A DNA stretch of 64,000 nucleotides from Rhodoblastus sp. (GCA_037044955.1 JBAOHX010000001.1:107140-171139), one strand, 5' to 3'. Counted from the first letter of the stretch, positions 10,050 through 19,667 are shown. Translations and numbers: made by a program. The notes: a model not told the origin generated them from the letters alone.

Positions 10050-11291
10050 ATGCAGCACGCCAATATCGACACGCGCTTTGCGCCGGACGGCGCCTACGCC
10101 AACATGCGGCTCGGCGTCTCGCTCGTCGCCGCCACGCTGCTTGCCGCCGGCATGTGGTCCATCGTCGTCGTCATGCCGAAAGTGCAGGCCGAGTTCGGCG
10201 TCGCGCGCGCGGCCGCGTCCATGCCGTACACGCTCAGCATGGTCGGCTTCGCCGGCGGCGCCATGATGCTCGGCCGCTGGGCGGATCGCGTCGGCATCGT
10301 CGTTCCGCTCGCCGTTTCCGCGGTCGTGCTCGGGCTTGGCTTTCTCATCGCGGGGCTGGCGCCGAACATCGAGATCTTCACGGCGGCGCATGTCTTGATA
10401 GGCTTCGGCGCGGCCGTGGGCTTCGGCCCGCTCATCGCCGATATTTCGCACTGGTTCGTGCAGAGGCTCGGTCTCGCGGTCGTCGTCGTCGCGTCCGGCA
10501 ATTATGTCGGCGGCGCGATCTGGCCGCTCGTGCTCAACCAGACCGTGCCGGCCTATGGCTGGCGCGCCAGCTACATCGCCATCGGCCTGTGCGTCGCCGC
10601 GGCCGTGCTGCCGATGTCTTTGGCGTTGCGCCGCCGCCCGGCCGAGCACACGATCGAGGCGGCGGCCGCCGCGACCGCCGCCGCGCAGGCCAATCTCGGC
10701 GTTTCCACGCGCACGCTGATGAACCTTCTGAGCGTCGCCGGCGTCGCCTGCTGCGTCGCCATGTCCATGCCGCAGGTGCATATCGTCGCCTATTGCAGCG
10801 ACCTCGGCTACGGCGTCGCGCGCGGCGCCGAAATGCTCTCGCTCATGCTGTTCCTCGGCATTTTTTCGCGCGTCGCGTCCGGCTATGTGTCAGATCGCAT
10901 CGGCGGCGCGAAAACCCTGCTGGTCGGCTCGGTCATGCAGGGCGTGGCGCTCATGCTCTATCTCTTCTTCAACGGGCTGGCGTCGCTCTACGTCGTGTCG
11001 GGCATATTCGGCCTGTTCCAGGGCGGCATCGTGCCGATGTACGCGGTCATCTGCCGCGAACTCCTGCCGCCGCGCGAAGCCGGCGCCCGCATCGGCGTGC
11101 TGGTCACGGCCACCATCGTCGGCATGGCCTTCGGCGGCTATTTTTCCGGCCTGATCTTCGACTGGACGGGCTCCTATCGCATGGCCTTCCTGAATGGCGT
11201 GCTGTGGAACGCGGTGAACGTGTCGATCGTCGCCTGGCTGGTGTGGAAGCAGACGCGGCAGGGGCGCGTGGCGGAGGCGGCTGCACAATAG
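10050..11291 (+). CDS. MFS transporter
   Basis: ORF 9990..11291. Twelve-helix-like hydrophobic pattern with an MFS-like loop (LGRWADRVGIV). The first codon of the ORF is TTG, so ATG 10050 (MQHANIDTRF) is preferred. Confidence 0.8.
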   Translation: MQHANIDTRFAPDGAYANMRLGVSLVAATLLAAGMWSIVVVMPKVQAEFGVARAAASMPYTLSMVGFAGGAMMLGRWADRVGIVVPLAVSAVVLGLGFLIAGLAPNIEIFTAAHVLIGFGAAVGFGPLIADISHWFVQRLGLAVVVVASGNYVGGAIWPLVLNQTVPAYGWRASYIAIGLCVAAAVLPMSLALRRRPAEHTIEAAAAATAAAQANLGVSTRTLMNLLSVAGVACCVAMSMPQVHIVAYCSDLGYGVARGAEMLSLMLFLGIFSRVASGYVSDRIGGAKTLLVGSVMQGVALMLYLFFNGLASLYVVSGIFGLFQGGIVPMYAVICRELLPPREAGARIGVLVTATIVGMAFGGYFSGLIFDWTGSYRMAFLNGVLWNAVNVSIVAWLVWKQTRQGRVAEAAAQ

Positions 11292-11523
11292 CTGCGGAGG
11301 CGTAGCGGACTCGGTTGGAGCTTGGCTTGAGATTTGACGCTGGGCCGACGACTCCTGCCGGTCGAGCGTCCCTGAGCGGCAGGACAAGCGGGCCTCCAGC
11401 CTCGCGAAGGACGACGGGCCGGGATCGCGCAGCCCGCGCTTGAGCGCCAGCGCCGCCGGTCCGGTCGATTTGCGGGCGAGCCCTCCTCCTTTCCTCCCCT
11501 TTACCATTGAATTCCGCCAATAC

Positions 11524-11541
11524 TGACGCTATCTTGCGTCA
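11524..11541. promoter_or_regulatory. Dyad TGACGC-N6-GCGTCA upstream of the Xre-RES operon (candidate antitoxin operator)
   Basis: Read directly: ctgacgctatcttgcgtcaa. It lies about 35 bp upstream of the AGGGAGG Shine-Dalgarno sequence and ATG 11577. Confidence 0.3.
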
Positions 11542-11576
11542 ATATTCTTGGCTTTAATGCAGGGAGGTCATGTCCC

Positions 11577-11927
11577 ATGGGCCTTGCCCAATATGCCGAC
11601 GACGGCCTTTTCGCCCCGCGCAGGATTGCTGAAACCCTCCGCACGACCAGCGAGGAAGTCGCGCGAACAGCCGGGCTTGGCAAGGATGCGGTCCAGCGGC
11701 GGGACAGACTTCGCTCTGACCGCACCCAGCGGCGTTTGCGCGAGATGGTGGAGGTCATCAACAAGGTCGAGCCACGTTTCGGCTCGGCGCTGATGGCCTA
11801 CGCCTGGTATCGCTCGGAGCCGCTGCCGGGTTTTTCCGGACAGACGGCCATGCAGCTCGTCCGCAGCGGCCGGGCCGACGACGTGCTCGACTATATCGAC
11901 GCTGTCGACGCCGGCGTGCACGCCTGA
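11577..11927 (+). CDS. Xre/MbcA/ParS-family antitoxin (DUF2384 toxin-binding domain)
   Basis: ORF 11577..11927. AGGGAGG lies 9 nt upstream. The C-terminal SALMAYAWYRSEPLPGFSGQTAMQLVRSGRADDVLDYIDAVDAG is typical of RES-cognate antitoxins. The gene sits 2 nt upstream of a RES-domain gene. Confidence 0.85.
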   Translation: MGLAQYADDGLFAPRRIAETLRTTSEEVARTAGLGKDAVQRRDRLRSDRTQRRLREMVEVINKVEPRFGSALMAYAWYRSEPLPGFSGQTAMQLVRSGRADDVLDYIDAVDAGVHA

Positions 11928-11929
11928 CC

Positions 11930-12433
11930 GTGCCGATCCGATACGAGGGCAAGCTCTATCGCGCGCTAAACCCGGTCTATGCTCGTGAACCGCTTTCGGG
12001 GCGGGGGGCCGCGCTGTACGGCGGCCGGTTCAATCCCAAAGGGACGCCGGCGCTCTATGCCTCCCAATCAGTGATGACGGCGCTCAGGGAAGCCAATCAA
12101 GTCGGCAATCTACAGCCGACGACGCTCATATCCTACGACGCGGAGATAGAGGCCATCTTCGATTGCCGGGACGAAGCGGCGCTGGAGGCGGAGGGCGTCA
12201 GCCCCGACACGCTGGCTGCGGCGACATGGCGGGACGAAATGAAGACGACAGGCGAGGCGAAGACCCAGGCCTTCGCGCGTCGCTTGATGAACTCCGGGCG
12301 CAACGGTCTCATCGTCAGAAGCTTCGCGCCGGGCTCGACGCCCGACGATCTCAACCTCGTACTCTGGAAATGGGGCGATGCAGCGCCTGCCCGCCTCGCC
12401 TTGATCGATGACGAGGGCCGGCTGTCGCGATAG
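11930..12433 (+). CDS. RES-domain toxin (MbcT/ParT-like NAD+-targeting toxin)
   Basis: ORF 11930..12433 (GTG start). Motifs LYRALNP...GAALYGGRFNPKGTPALYAS (RES Arg), internal Glu region and NGLIVRSFAP (Ser) match RES-domain architecture. Confidence 0.9.
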   Translation: MPIRYEGKLYRALNPVYAREPLSGRGAALYGGRFNPKGTPALYASQSVMTALREANQVGNLQPTTLISYDAEIEAIFDCRDEAALEAEGVSPDTLAAATWRDEMKTTGEAKTQAFARRLMNSGRNGLIVRSFAPGSTPDDLNLVLWKWGDAAPARLALIDDEGRLSR

Positions 12434-12850
12434 GCCGTGGCGCCGGTGAAGAATATCGCGCCGCGACCGCGCGGCAGCATATGTCGCGTAGCCTCCCGGC
12501 CGGCCAGGAAGCCCGAATAGCAGGCCATTTCCCAGACCTTCCGAAACACACGCTCGGTCGTTTCCAGGATAGGGAAACTGACATTGGCGCCGATGTTGAA
12601 GACGCAGGCCTCCAGCGGCGCGAAGCTCTCCGCTTCGTCGAGAAAGGCGATCACCTCGTCTTCTTTTCGAGCATCGAGAGTACGGCCATGCAGGACGCCC
12701 CCGGCCGCCCTTCGCAAAGGAGGTGCACACGCATCCAGGACCTGGCGCGGCGGATGCGGGAGGTAATGAGAATTCACCGCCGAGGCGGAGAACTCGATTG
12801 CCTGAATGGCGCCACTTCCTATTACGCGATGGGGTCGGCACGAGGAATGC
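12433..12850 (-). pseudogene. SDR family oxidoreductase remnant (C-terminal ~40% missing, N-terminus degenerate)
   Basis: Within ORF 12133..13467. LDARKEDEVIAFLDEAESFAPLEACVFNIGANVSFPILETTERVFRKVWEMACYSGFLAGREATRHMLPRGRGAIFFTGATA is clear SDR core. Homology stops exactly at the RES gene stop (12433). The Rossmann GxxxGxG region (VIGSGAIQ...) is corrupted. Confidence 0.6.
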
Positions 12851-13067
12851 TTACGCCGTTCGGTAGTTGTGGGCGCCGCAATGAAATCCTGCGTAAGCCT
12901 CCGAGACTCTTTCAATTGCACACAACTTCGCGTCAGTTGGCCCGCTCCGATGTCGAGCGTTATCGTGTCCATGACGCCGGGTATATGGGGTGTCATAGAT
13001 GAATGTCGGATCGGAGCCCGACCCGCCAGAAAGATGCTGAGTCGGCGCCGCCGCCGGTCAGGTCCGG

Positions 13068-13817
13068 CTACCGCGCTCGCCGTTTCAAGCGGCGATCCCG
13101 CTGGGCCTGCGCCTTGGCGTAACTGTCTTTCAGATAATCGATCAGCGCCTGCAGGCGACGGCAGAGTTCGTCTGCGTCGCGGCGTTCCAGCGCCTTCAAC
13201 ATCCGCTCGTGGTGCTGGATGATCGTGCTGCGGTCGCGCACATAGACAATGACCATATTGGTCACGGGCACGAGAGACTCGATCATCGCATACATCACAA
13301 ACCGCAGCATCGTGTTTTGCGTCGCGTCGATGATCGCGCGGTGAAACTGAACATCGGTCGCGCAGAAATCCTCGTCGCTGAGAGCGGGATCGCGCTGGCG
13401 CTCGAGCGTGTCGCGCAGGGCAGCGAGCACATCCTCCGTCATGCGCTGCACGGCCATGCGGCAGCACAGGCCTTCCAACTGGATGCGCGCGTCGGCGATC
13501 TCGTCCATGTCGAGGCCGCCGACGGTGACCAGCATGGTGGCCGCCGTCGTAACGTTCTCCGCCAGTTCCTGAAGACTTAGACTATTGACGAACGTGCCGC
13601 CGGCCGGTCCGCGCTTTGACGAAATCAAATTCTGGGCGGCGAGGCGCTTGAGCGCCTCGCGCACGGTTGGCCGCGACACGCCGTAGCGCGCCGCCAGATC
13701 CTCCTCGGTCGGCAGCCGTTCGTCGCCTTTGAGGCGGCCTTCGAGAATCGCGGTGCGAATATGCTCCGCGATCTGTTTCGCTGCGCTCTTGGTTACGATC
13801 TGCTCGTCGCCGAACAT
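13068..13817 (-). CDS. GntR family transcriptional regulator (FadR/FCD subfamily)
   Basis: ORF 13068..13877 with ATG 13817. Winged HTH (LPTEEDLAARYGVSRPTVREALKRLAAQNLISSKRGPAGGTFV) followed by an all-helical C-terminal domain. Confidence 0.85.
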   Translation of the reverse strand: MFGDEQIVTKSAAKQIAEHIRTAILEGRLKGDERLPTEEDLAARYGVSRPTVREALKRLAAQNLISSKRGPAGGTFVNSLSLQELAENVTTAATMLVTVGGLDMDEIADARIQLEGLCCRMAVQRMTEDVLAALRDTLERQRDPALSDEDFCATDVQFHRAIIDATQNTMLRFVMYAMIESLVPVTNMVIVYVRDRSTIIQHHERMLKALERRDADELCRRLQALIDYLKDSYAKAQAQRDRRLKRRAR

Positions 13818-13857
13818 GGAGGCACCTCGCTCGGGCCGGCGATTCGCCGCCCGCTGC

Positions 13858-14850
13858 TCATTTCGACATAGCAACAACCGTGCGGCCGCGCACCCGTCCC
13901 GCGAGAATGTCCGCGCCGAGCCCCGGAATTTCGGGCAGGCCGACCTCCGAAGCGACCGCCTCCAGGTCCTGCGACGACAGCGCGGAAGCCAGGCGGTTCC
14001 AGGCTTCGGCGCGCCTCTGCTTCGGGCAATTGACGGAATCGACGCCGATCAGGGAGACGCCGCGCAGGATGAAGGGCGCGACCGTTGTCGGCAGGTCCAT
14101 GCCGCCGGCAAGGCCGCAAGCGGCGACGGCGCCCTCATAGGCGATCGAGGCCAGCACGTTCGCCAGCAGCACGCCGCCGACCGTGTCGACGCCGCCCTTC
14201 CAGCGCTCGCCTTGCAGCGGCTTGCCGGGCGCCTGAAGCTCCGCGCGGCCGACAAAATCCTGCGCGCCGAGCGAACGCAGATAGTCGTGCTGCTCGGGCC
14301 GGCCGGTCACGGCGGTCACGTGGAAGCCGAGCTTGGCGAGCAGCGCGACGGCGACCGATCCGACGCCGCCGGCCGCGCCGGTCACCACCACCTTGTCGCC
14401 GGCCTGCAACCCGGCGCGTTCCAGCGCCATGACGCAGAGCATTGCGGTCAGGCCCGCCGTGCCGATCGTCATCGCCGCGCGATTGGTCATGGCTGCGGGA
14501 GTCTTCACGAGCCACTCGGATTTCACGCGGGCGCGCTCGGCAAAGCCGCCCGACCAGCCTTCGCCGACGCCCCAGCCGGTGAGAATGACGCGGTCTCCCT
14601 TCGCGAATTCCGGCGATTGCGAACTGCGGACGACGCCGGCGAAATCGATGCCGGGGATGATGGGAAACTTGCGCAGGATCCTGTTCTTGTTCAGCAGCGC
14701 CAGCCCGTCCTTGTAGTTCAGCGACGAGAATTCGACGTCGACCAGCACATCCGCCTCGGGCAGGTCCGCATCCGTGATCTGTTCGAGTTTGACCGTCACC
14801 GGCCCCTTGTCGCCGTCCTGCCGCGCCACGATCGCCTGAAACTGCTGCAT
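13858..14850 (-). CDS. acuI: Acrylyl-CoA reductase AcuI/YhdH-type NADPH-dependent MDR oxidoreductase
   Basis: ORF 13858..14850. SSLNYKDGLA, PGIDFAGVV and VVVTGAAGGVGSVAV are hallmarks of the YhdH/AcuI quinone-oxidoreductase subgroup. Confidence 0.8.
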   Translation of the reverse strand: MQQFQAIVARQDGDKGPVTVKLEQITDADLPEADVLVDVEFSSLNYKDGLALLNKNRILRKFPIIPGIDFAGVVRSSQSPEFAKGDRVILTGWGVGEGWSGGFAERARVKSEWLVKTPAAMTNRAAMTIGTAGLTAMLCVMALERAGLQAGDKVVVTGAAGGVGSVAVALLAKLGFHVTAVTGRPEQHDYLRSLGAQDFVGRAELQAPGKPLQGERWKGGVDTVGGVLLANVLASIAYEGAVAACGLAGGMDLPTTVAPFILRGVSLIGVDSVNCPKQRRAEAWNRLASALSSQDLEAVASEVGLPEIPGLGADILAGRVRGRTVVAMSK

Positions 14851-14886
14851 CCGTCCGTCCTCCTCACACTGGCCGGAGGCTACCTT

Positions 14887-14908
14887 ACAAATATTTGTTT
14901 GACAAATA
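14887..14908. promoter_or_regulatory. Overlapping palindromes ACAAATATTTGT / TATTTGT-TTG-ACAAATA (candidate GntR-type operator)
   Basis: Read directly in the AT-rich divergent intergenic region between acuI (-) and the binding-protein gene (+). TTGT-N3-ACAA fits the general GntR/FadR GT-Nx-AC operator pattern. Confidence 0.35.
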
Positions 14909-14959
14909 GAGAAATGGAGGAGAGCATCCGCCTCGGCCTCAGGCCAAGGGAGGAAAGCA

Positions 14960-16180
14960 ATGCGAAAGATTGTGCTTGGCGCGATCGCCGCGCTCGCGAG
15001 CGCCGCGCCCGTCGCCGCAGCCGATATGCCGACGTTCCGTGTCGGCGTCCTGAACGACCAGTCCGGGCTCTACGCCGATATCGCCGGTCCCGGCTCTGTC
15101 GAGGCGGCCAGGATGGCCGTTGAGGATTTCCAGCCCGAAAAGCACGGTTTCAAGGTGGAAGTGGTCGCGGCCGATCATCAGAACAAGCCCGACATCGGCT
15201 CCTCGATCGCGCGCAAGTGGTTCGACGTCGATAATGTCGACGCGATCGCGGACGTGCCGACGTCTTCGGTCGCGCTGGCCGTGTCGCAGATCGCGAAAGA
15301 CAAGGACAAGACGTTCCTGATCGCCAGCGCCGGCAGTTCGGACCTCACCGGCAAGTCGTGCACGCCCAACAACGTCCATTGGACCTACGACACATGGGCG
15401 TTGGCGAACGGCACCGCGCGCGCCGTCATCGCCAGCGGCGGCAAGTCCTGGTTTTTCCTCACAGCCGACTACGCCTTCGGCAAAGCGCTGGAACGAGACG
15501 CCGCCGAAATCGTGAATGCGAATGGCGGAACGGTCGTCGGTCACGTGCTCGCGCCGTTCCAGACTCCGGACTTCTCATCCTTCCTCTTGCAGGCGCAGCA
15601 GAGCAAGGCGTCCATCATCGCGCTGGCGAATTCCGGCGGCGACACGATCAATTCGCTGAAGCAGGCGCAGGAGTTCGGCGTTACGGCCGGCGCGCAGAAA
15701 ATGGCGGGCTTGCTCGTCTTCCTGTCGGACGTACACGCGATGGGCTTGCCGATCGCCAAGAACCTTCTGCTGACCGAAGCCTTCTATTGGGACATGAACG
15801 ACAAGACGCGCGAATGGACCAAGCGCTTTGCGCCGCGCAACGGCGGCAAGTATCCAACCATGAATCAGGCGGGCGCATATGCTGCGGTCCTTCACTGGAT
15901 GAAGGCGATTGCAGCGATGGACAAGGTCAAGGCCAAGTCGGGCGCGGCCGTTGTCGCTGCAATGAAGCAGATGCCGACCGACGACCCGCTGTTCGGCAAG
16001 GGCAGCATTCGCGCCGATGGCCGCACCATCCACGACATGTATCTGTTCCAGGTGAAGACGCCCGAGGAATCGAAGAAGCCGTATGATTATTACAAGCTCG
16101 TGAGCACGGTGCCCGGCGACAAGGCGTTCCGGCCGATGGCGGACGGCGGTTGCCCACTGGTCAGCGCGGGCGCCAAGTAG
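14960..16180 (+). CDS. ABC transporter substrate-binding protein (LivK/branched-chain amino acid-type, Peripla_BP_6)
   Basis: ORF 14960..16180. Sec signal MRKIVLGAIAALASAAPVAAA. Family-typical FRVGVLNDQSGLYADIAGPGS and LTADYAFG. Confidence 0.85.
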   Translation: MRKIVLGAIAALASAAPVAAADMPTFRVGVLNDQSGLYADIAGPGSVEAARMAVEDFQPEKHGFKVEVVAADHQNKPDIGSSIARKWFDVDNVDAIADVPTSSVALAVSQIAKDKDKTFLIASAGSSDLTGKSCTPNNVHWTYDTWALANGTARAVIASGGKSWFFLTADYAFGKALERDAAEIVNANGGTVVGHVLAPFQTPDFSSFLLQAQQSKASIIALANSGGDTINSLKQAQEFGVTAGAQKMAGLLVFLSDVHAMGLPIAKNLLLTEAFYWDMNDKTREWTKRFAPRNGGKYPTMNQAGAYAAVLHWMKAIAAMDKVKAKSGAAVVAAMKQMPTDDPLFGKGSIRADGRTIHDMYLFQVKTPEESKKPYDYYKLVSTVPGDKAFRPMADGGCPLVSAGAK

Positions 16181-16271
16181 GACTATGCTGCAACGGGAGT
16201 CGGCGGCGCCAGCGTCGGCGCCTCTGACCGGGAGTCGCCTCGAGGCGGCCAAGATTCGCGGGAGCGGAGGA

Positions 16272-17090
16272 ATGGATTTCGAAACGATCGCCTATCGCGT
16301 GGAGGAATCCGTCGCGCATATGACCCTTTCGCGACCCGCGCGCACGAATGCGCTCAATGGCCGGATGCTCGAAGAGATCAACATGGCGATGGATCTGGCC
16401 GAAGCGGATGTCGCCGCGAAAGTCGTGGTCGTCTCGGGCGCCGGCGCCGCCTTTTCGTCCGGCTTCGATCTGAAAGAGCAGATGGAGCGTCGTCCGACCG
16501 GCTTCGATCAGTGGAAGCCGATCCTGCGCAAGGATTTCGACGCGGTCATGCGGTTCTGGCACTGTCCGAAGCCCACGATCGCCGCCGTGCGTGGCCCCTG
16601 TCTCGCCGGCGCCTTCGAACTCAGTCTGGCCTGCGACATGACGATTGCGAGCGAGACCGCTTTCTTCGGCGAGCCCGAACTCAAATTCGGGGCCGGCATT
16701 GTCGCCATGGTGCTGCCGTGGCTGGTTGGCCCGAAGGTCGCCAAGGAAATCATTTTTCTCGGCGAAGACCGTCTTTCCGTCCAGCGCGCGCGGGAGCTCG
16801 GGATCGTCAACCGCATCGTGCCCGACGCCTCGCTGGAGACCGAAGCAGCGTTGGTCGCGAGGCATCTCTGCGCGATCGACCCCAATCTCCTGAAGCAGAC
16901 CAAGCGCGCCATCAACCAGACGCTCGAGCGCCAGGGCATGCTCGATGCGCTGGAGACGGCGCTCGCCATCGATCTCGAAATCGAAGGTCCGGGCTCGCCG
17001 GACAAGATGGCCTTCATGGACATCGCGCGCGCCGATGGCCTGAAGGCGGCGCTCGCCTGGCGCGACGCCCGTTTTCCGGAGCGCAAATGA
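16272..17090 (+). CDS. Enoyl-CoA hydratase/isomerase (crotonase) family protein
   Basis: ORF 16185..17090 with ATG 16272. RPARTNALNGRM, VVSGAGAAFSSGFDL and GEPELKFG (oxyanion hole/catalytic Glu region). Confidence 0.85.
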   Translation: MDFETIAYRVEESVAHMTLSRPARTNALNGRMLEEINMAMDLAEADVAAKVVVVSGAGAAFSSGFDLKEQMERRPTGFDQWKPILRKDFDAVMRFWHCPKPTIAAVRGPCLAGAFELSLACDMTIASETAFFGEPELKFGAGIVAMVLPWLVGPKVAKEIIFLGEDRLSVQRARELGIVNRIVPDASLETEAALVARHLCAIDPNLLKQTKRAINQTLERQGMLDALETALAIDLEIEGPGSPDKMAFMDIARADGLKAALAWRDARFPERK

Positions 17091-18493
17091 GCGCGGACAA
17101 TCTTGCGCGCCGCGTCCTCGACGCGCCCGCCTTCGCGCAGGCCAGCGCGGGCGAACTCGGTGAAGCGGCGCTGTCCTCGGCCGCGCTCGCAGACGCTGCG
17201 CAAAAAATCGCGGCAGACCTGCGCGCGGCCGGCGCAACGGCGAACGAACCGGTCGTGCTGTTCATCTCCAACAGGCCGGAAGACGTCGTCGGCTTTCTCG
17301 GCCTTTGGCTTGCCGGCTGCGTCGCCGCGCCTATCCATGTCGGGACGCCCGAGACGGCGATCGAGGCGCTGATCGTACGCCTCGGCGCGCGCCTTGCCGT
17401 TCGTGCGGGCGCCCTGGAGCGGATCGGCGTCGCGCCACCGCCTCGCCGCCCGCTGCTCGACGGCGCGGCGCTGATCGTCTTCACCTCCGGCAGCACGGGC
17501 CAGCCGAAAGGCGTGGTCGTCACTCACAAGGGGCTCGCCTGGAAGCTGCGGGCGCTCTCGCGCCTTCTGACGCCAACGACAAGCGATGTCGTGGTCGTGC
17601 CGCTGCAACTGACCTTCATCTTCGGCATCTGGGTCAGCCTTTTGACTCTCATGTCCGGCGCCCGTTTGTTGCTGGCGCCGAAATTTTCGGCCACTGCGCT
17701 GGCGTCGCACGGCGACGAGATCACCATTCTCGCCGCGGTGCCGACCTTGCTGCGCACGCTGTGCGCGGATTCCAACCTGCGCGCGGACAAGCTCGAGAAA
17801 ATTCTGACTGGCGGCGAGCCATTCAGTCCTGTTCTTGCCGAAAAGCTGGCGGAGCTGCTGCCGCACGCAAATGTCTTCGATCTGTTTGGTCTGACCGAAA
17901 CCGGCTCGTGCGATTTCAGTGTGCGGCCCGAGGATCAAAGTCTTGCGCGCGGCACGATTGGCCGCCCGACCGAAGGCGTCGCGTTCCGCATCGCCGAGCA
18001 GCCTGAACTCGGTCTGGCGCCGGGCGTCGGCGAGTTGCAAATCCTGACGCCTGCCGTGATGGCCGGCTATCTCGACGATCCCGCGCAGACCGCCGCCGCC
18101 TTCGCCGACGGCTATTTCAGGACGGGCGACCTCGCGACGGTCCGCGCCGACGGCTTCGTGCAACTGGTCGGCCGCTCCAAGGATGTCGTGTCGCGCGGCG
18201 GCAACAAGATCACGCCGCTTGAAATCGAAAACCTGTTTGCGCAACACGAGGGCGTCGCCGCCGTGCTGGCCTTCGGCGCGCCGGACGAGAGGCTCGGCGA
18301 AAGCCTGCATCTGATGGTTGTCGCGCGCGATCCGGCGCTGAACGAGGCGGCGCTGCGAGCCTGGGCCAAGGATCGGCTCGAACGATTCAAGACGCCGGAC
18401 TCATTCCATTTCGTCAGCTCATTGCCGGCCGGCCGGACCGGCAAGGCGGATCGGGCGGCGGCGCGTCTGTCGCTCGAGAAGCGCGGCGCATGA
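17087..18493 (+). CDS. AMP-binding acyl-CoA synthetase / ligase family protein
   Basis: ATG 17087 overlaps the upstream stop (ATGA). AMP-binding motif IVFTSGSTGQPKGVV, then GYFRTGDL and SRGGNKITP. Tail of ORF 16511..18493. Confidence 0.8.
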   Translation: MSADNLARRVLDAPAFAQASAGELGEAALSSAALADAAQKIAADLRAAGATANEPVVLFISNRPEDVVGFLGLWLAGCVAAPIHVGTPETAIEALIVRLGARLAVRAGALERIGVAPPPRRPLLDGAALIVFTSGSTGQPKGVVVTHKGLAWKLRALSRLLTPTTSDVVVVPLQLTFIFGIWVSLLTLMSGARLLLAPKFSATALASHGDEITILAAVPTLLRTLCADSNLRADKLEKILTGGEPFSPVLAEKLAELLPHANVFDLFGLTETGSCDFSVRPEDQSLARGTIGRPTEGVAFRIAEQPELGLAPGVGELQILTPAVMAGYLDDPAQTAAAFADGYFRTGDLATVRADGFVQLVGRSKDVVSRGGNKITPLEIENLFAQHEGVAAVLAFGAPDERLGESLHLMVVARDPALNEAALRAWAKDRLERFKTPDSFHFVSSLPAGRTGKADRAAARLSLEKRGA

Positions 18494-19356
18494 CCGGCGC
18501 CGCCGCGCACCTGCCGTCATCCCGCACGGTCGGGCTGACGGTCGTGGCCATGCTCGCCTTTGCGGCAAATTCCATTCTGTGCCGGCTGGCGCTTGCGCAA
18601 GGCGCCATCGATCCCGCGAGTTTCACGCTCGTGCGCATCGCTTCGGGCGTCGCGACGCTGTGGCTGATCCTGGCCCTGTCCGGACGCGCGCGGACGGTCG
18701 GGGGGTCGTGGCGCGCAGGCTTCGCGCTGTTTGCTTATGCCGCGGCCTTCTCCTTCGCTTACATCACCTTGCCGGCTGGCGCGGGCGCGCTGCTTCTGTT
18801 CGGCGCGGTGCAGGCGACCATGGTGACGACCGGCCTGGTGCGCGGCGAGCGTCTCGCGCGCCTGCAATGGCTGGGGTTTGTTGCGGCGCTCGGCGGTCTT
18901 GCGGCGTTGCTTGCGCCGGGCGTCTCGGCGCCGCCGCCGGTCGGCGCCAGTCTCATGCTCGCAGCCGGCGTCGCCTGGGGCGCCTATTCGCTGTTCGGGC
19001 GCGGCGCCGCCGATCCGCTGGCTGCGACGGGCGGAAACTTCCTGCGAGCGCTGCCGATGGCGGCTGCTTTGCTCGCGGCCGCAGCCTTCGCCGGTCTGAA
19101 AGGCGATGCGATGGGAATAGTCTACGCAGTCCTTTCCGGCGCTGTCGCATCCGGGCTCGGTTACTCGATCTGGTACGCAGCGCTGCCGGGCCTCTCGCCC
19201 GCGCAAGGGGCGTCCGTGCAACTTTCCGTGCCAGTCATAACCGCCATTGCAGGGACGCTCATGATCGGCGAAGCGATAACGCCTCGCCTCGTTCTGTCTT
19301 CGGTCGCCATCCTCGGCGGTATAGCGCTCGTTATTGGAAGCAAGCCAAGAGCATAA
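18490..19356 (+). CDS. EamA/DMT family transporter
   Basis: ORF 18490..19356. ATGA overlap with the upstream gene. Ten-helix-type hydrophobic protein with duplicated EamA-like halves. Confidence 0.8.
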   Translation: MTGAAAHLPSSRTVGLTVVAMLAFAANSILCRLALAQGAIDPASFTLVRIASGVATLWLILALSGRARTVGGSWRAGFALFAYAAAFSFAYITLPAGAGALLLFGAVQATMVTTGLVRGERLARLQWLGFVAALGGLAALLAPGVSAPPPVGASLMLAAGVAWGAYSLFGRGAADPLAATGGNFLRALPMAAALLAAAAFAGLKGDAMGIVYAVLSGAVASGLGYSIWYAALPGLSPAQGASVQLSVPVITAIAGTLMIGEAITPRLVLSSVAILGGIALVIGSKPRA

Positions 19357-19384
19357 CCAGCCTTGCTCACGGCGGGCATCGCCA

Positions 19385-19564
19385 GAGGCGCGCGCATTGA
19401 TGGACAGCGTCGATGTCGCGACGCCGATCGGCTTGCGTGACCGTGCGCTTGTCGCGCCGATGGTTTATTCGTTCGCGCGCATCGGCGCAGCGCTTGCGAT
19501 GAAGGTCGAGGACGTCTTTGTCGCGCAACGTCGCCGCTGGACGCGCTTGCGCGAAAACGGCGGC
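19385..19564 (+). pseudogene. Tyrosine recombinase/integrase fragment (~60 aa only)
   Basis: In ORF 19334..20233. GLRDRALVAPMVYSFARIGAALAMKVEDVFVAQRRRWTRLRENGG matches the conserved core-entry region of phage-type integrases. There is no catalytic R-H-R-Y region, and the flanks are nonsense. Confidence 0.6.
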
Positions 19565-19667
19565 AATCAGTCGACACTGCCGCCCGAGCCGAAAGCGGAC
19601 GCTTCGCTTGCAGCCGGCGCATCATGCGGACCGCCTCAAGCCGAATTGCACTCGTCGCTGAGTTATC

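Noticed and set aside
11292-11523. The ~230-bp non-coding stretch between the MFS gene and the TA module, considered as a possible sRNA or mobile-element end.
   Set aside because: I could find no convincing inverted or direct repeats, terminator or conserved structure by eye. Only the short dyad next to the TA promoter is reported.
19385-19564. The integrase fragment as the recombinase of the retron islet.
   Set aside because: It lies 1.6 kb outside the 49-bp direct repeats, covers only ~60 aa without catalytic residues, and is embedded among other gene fragments.
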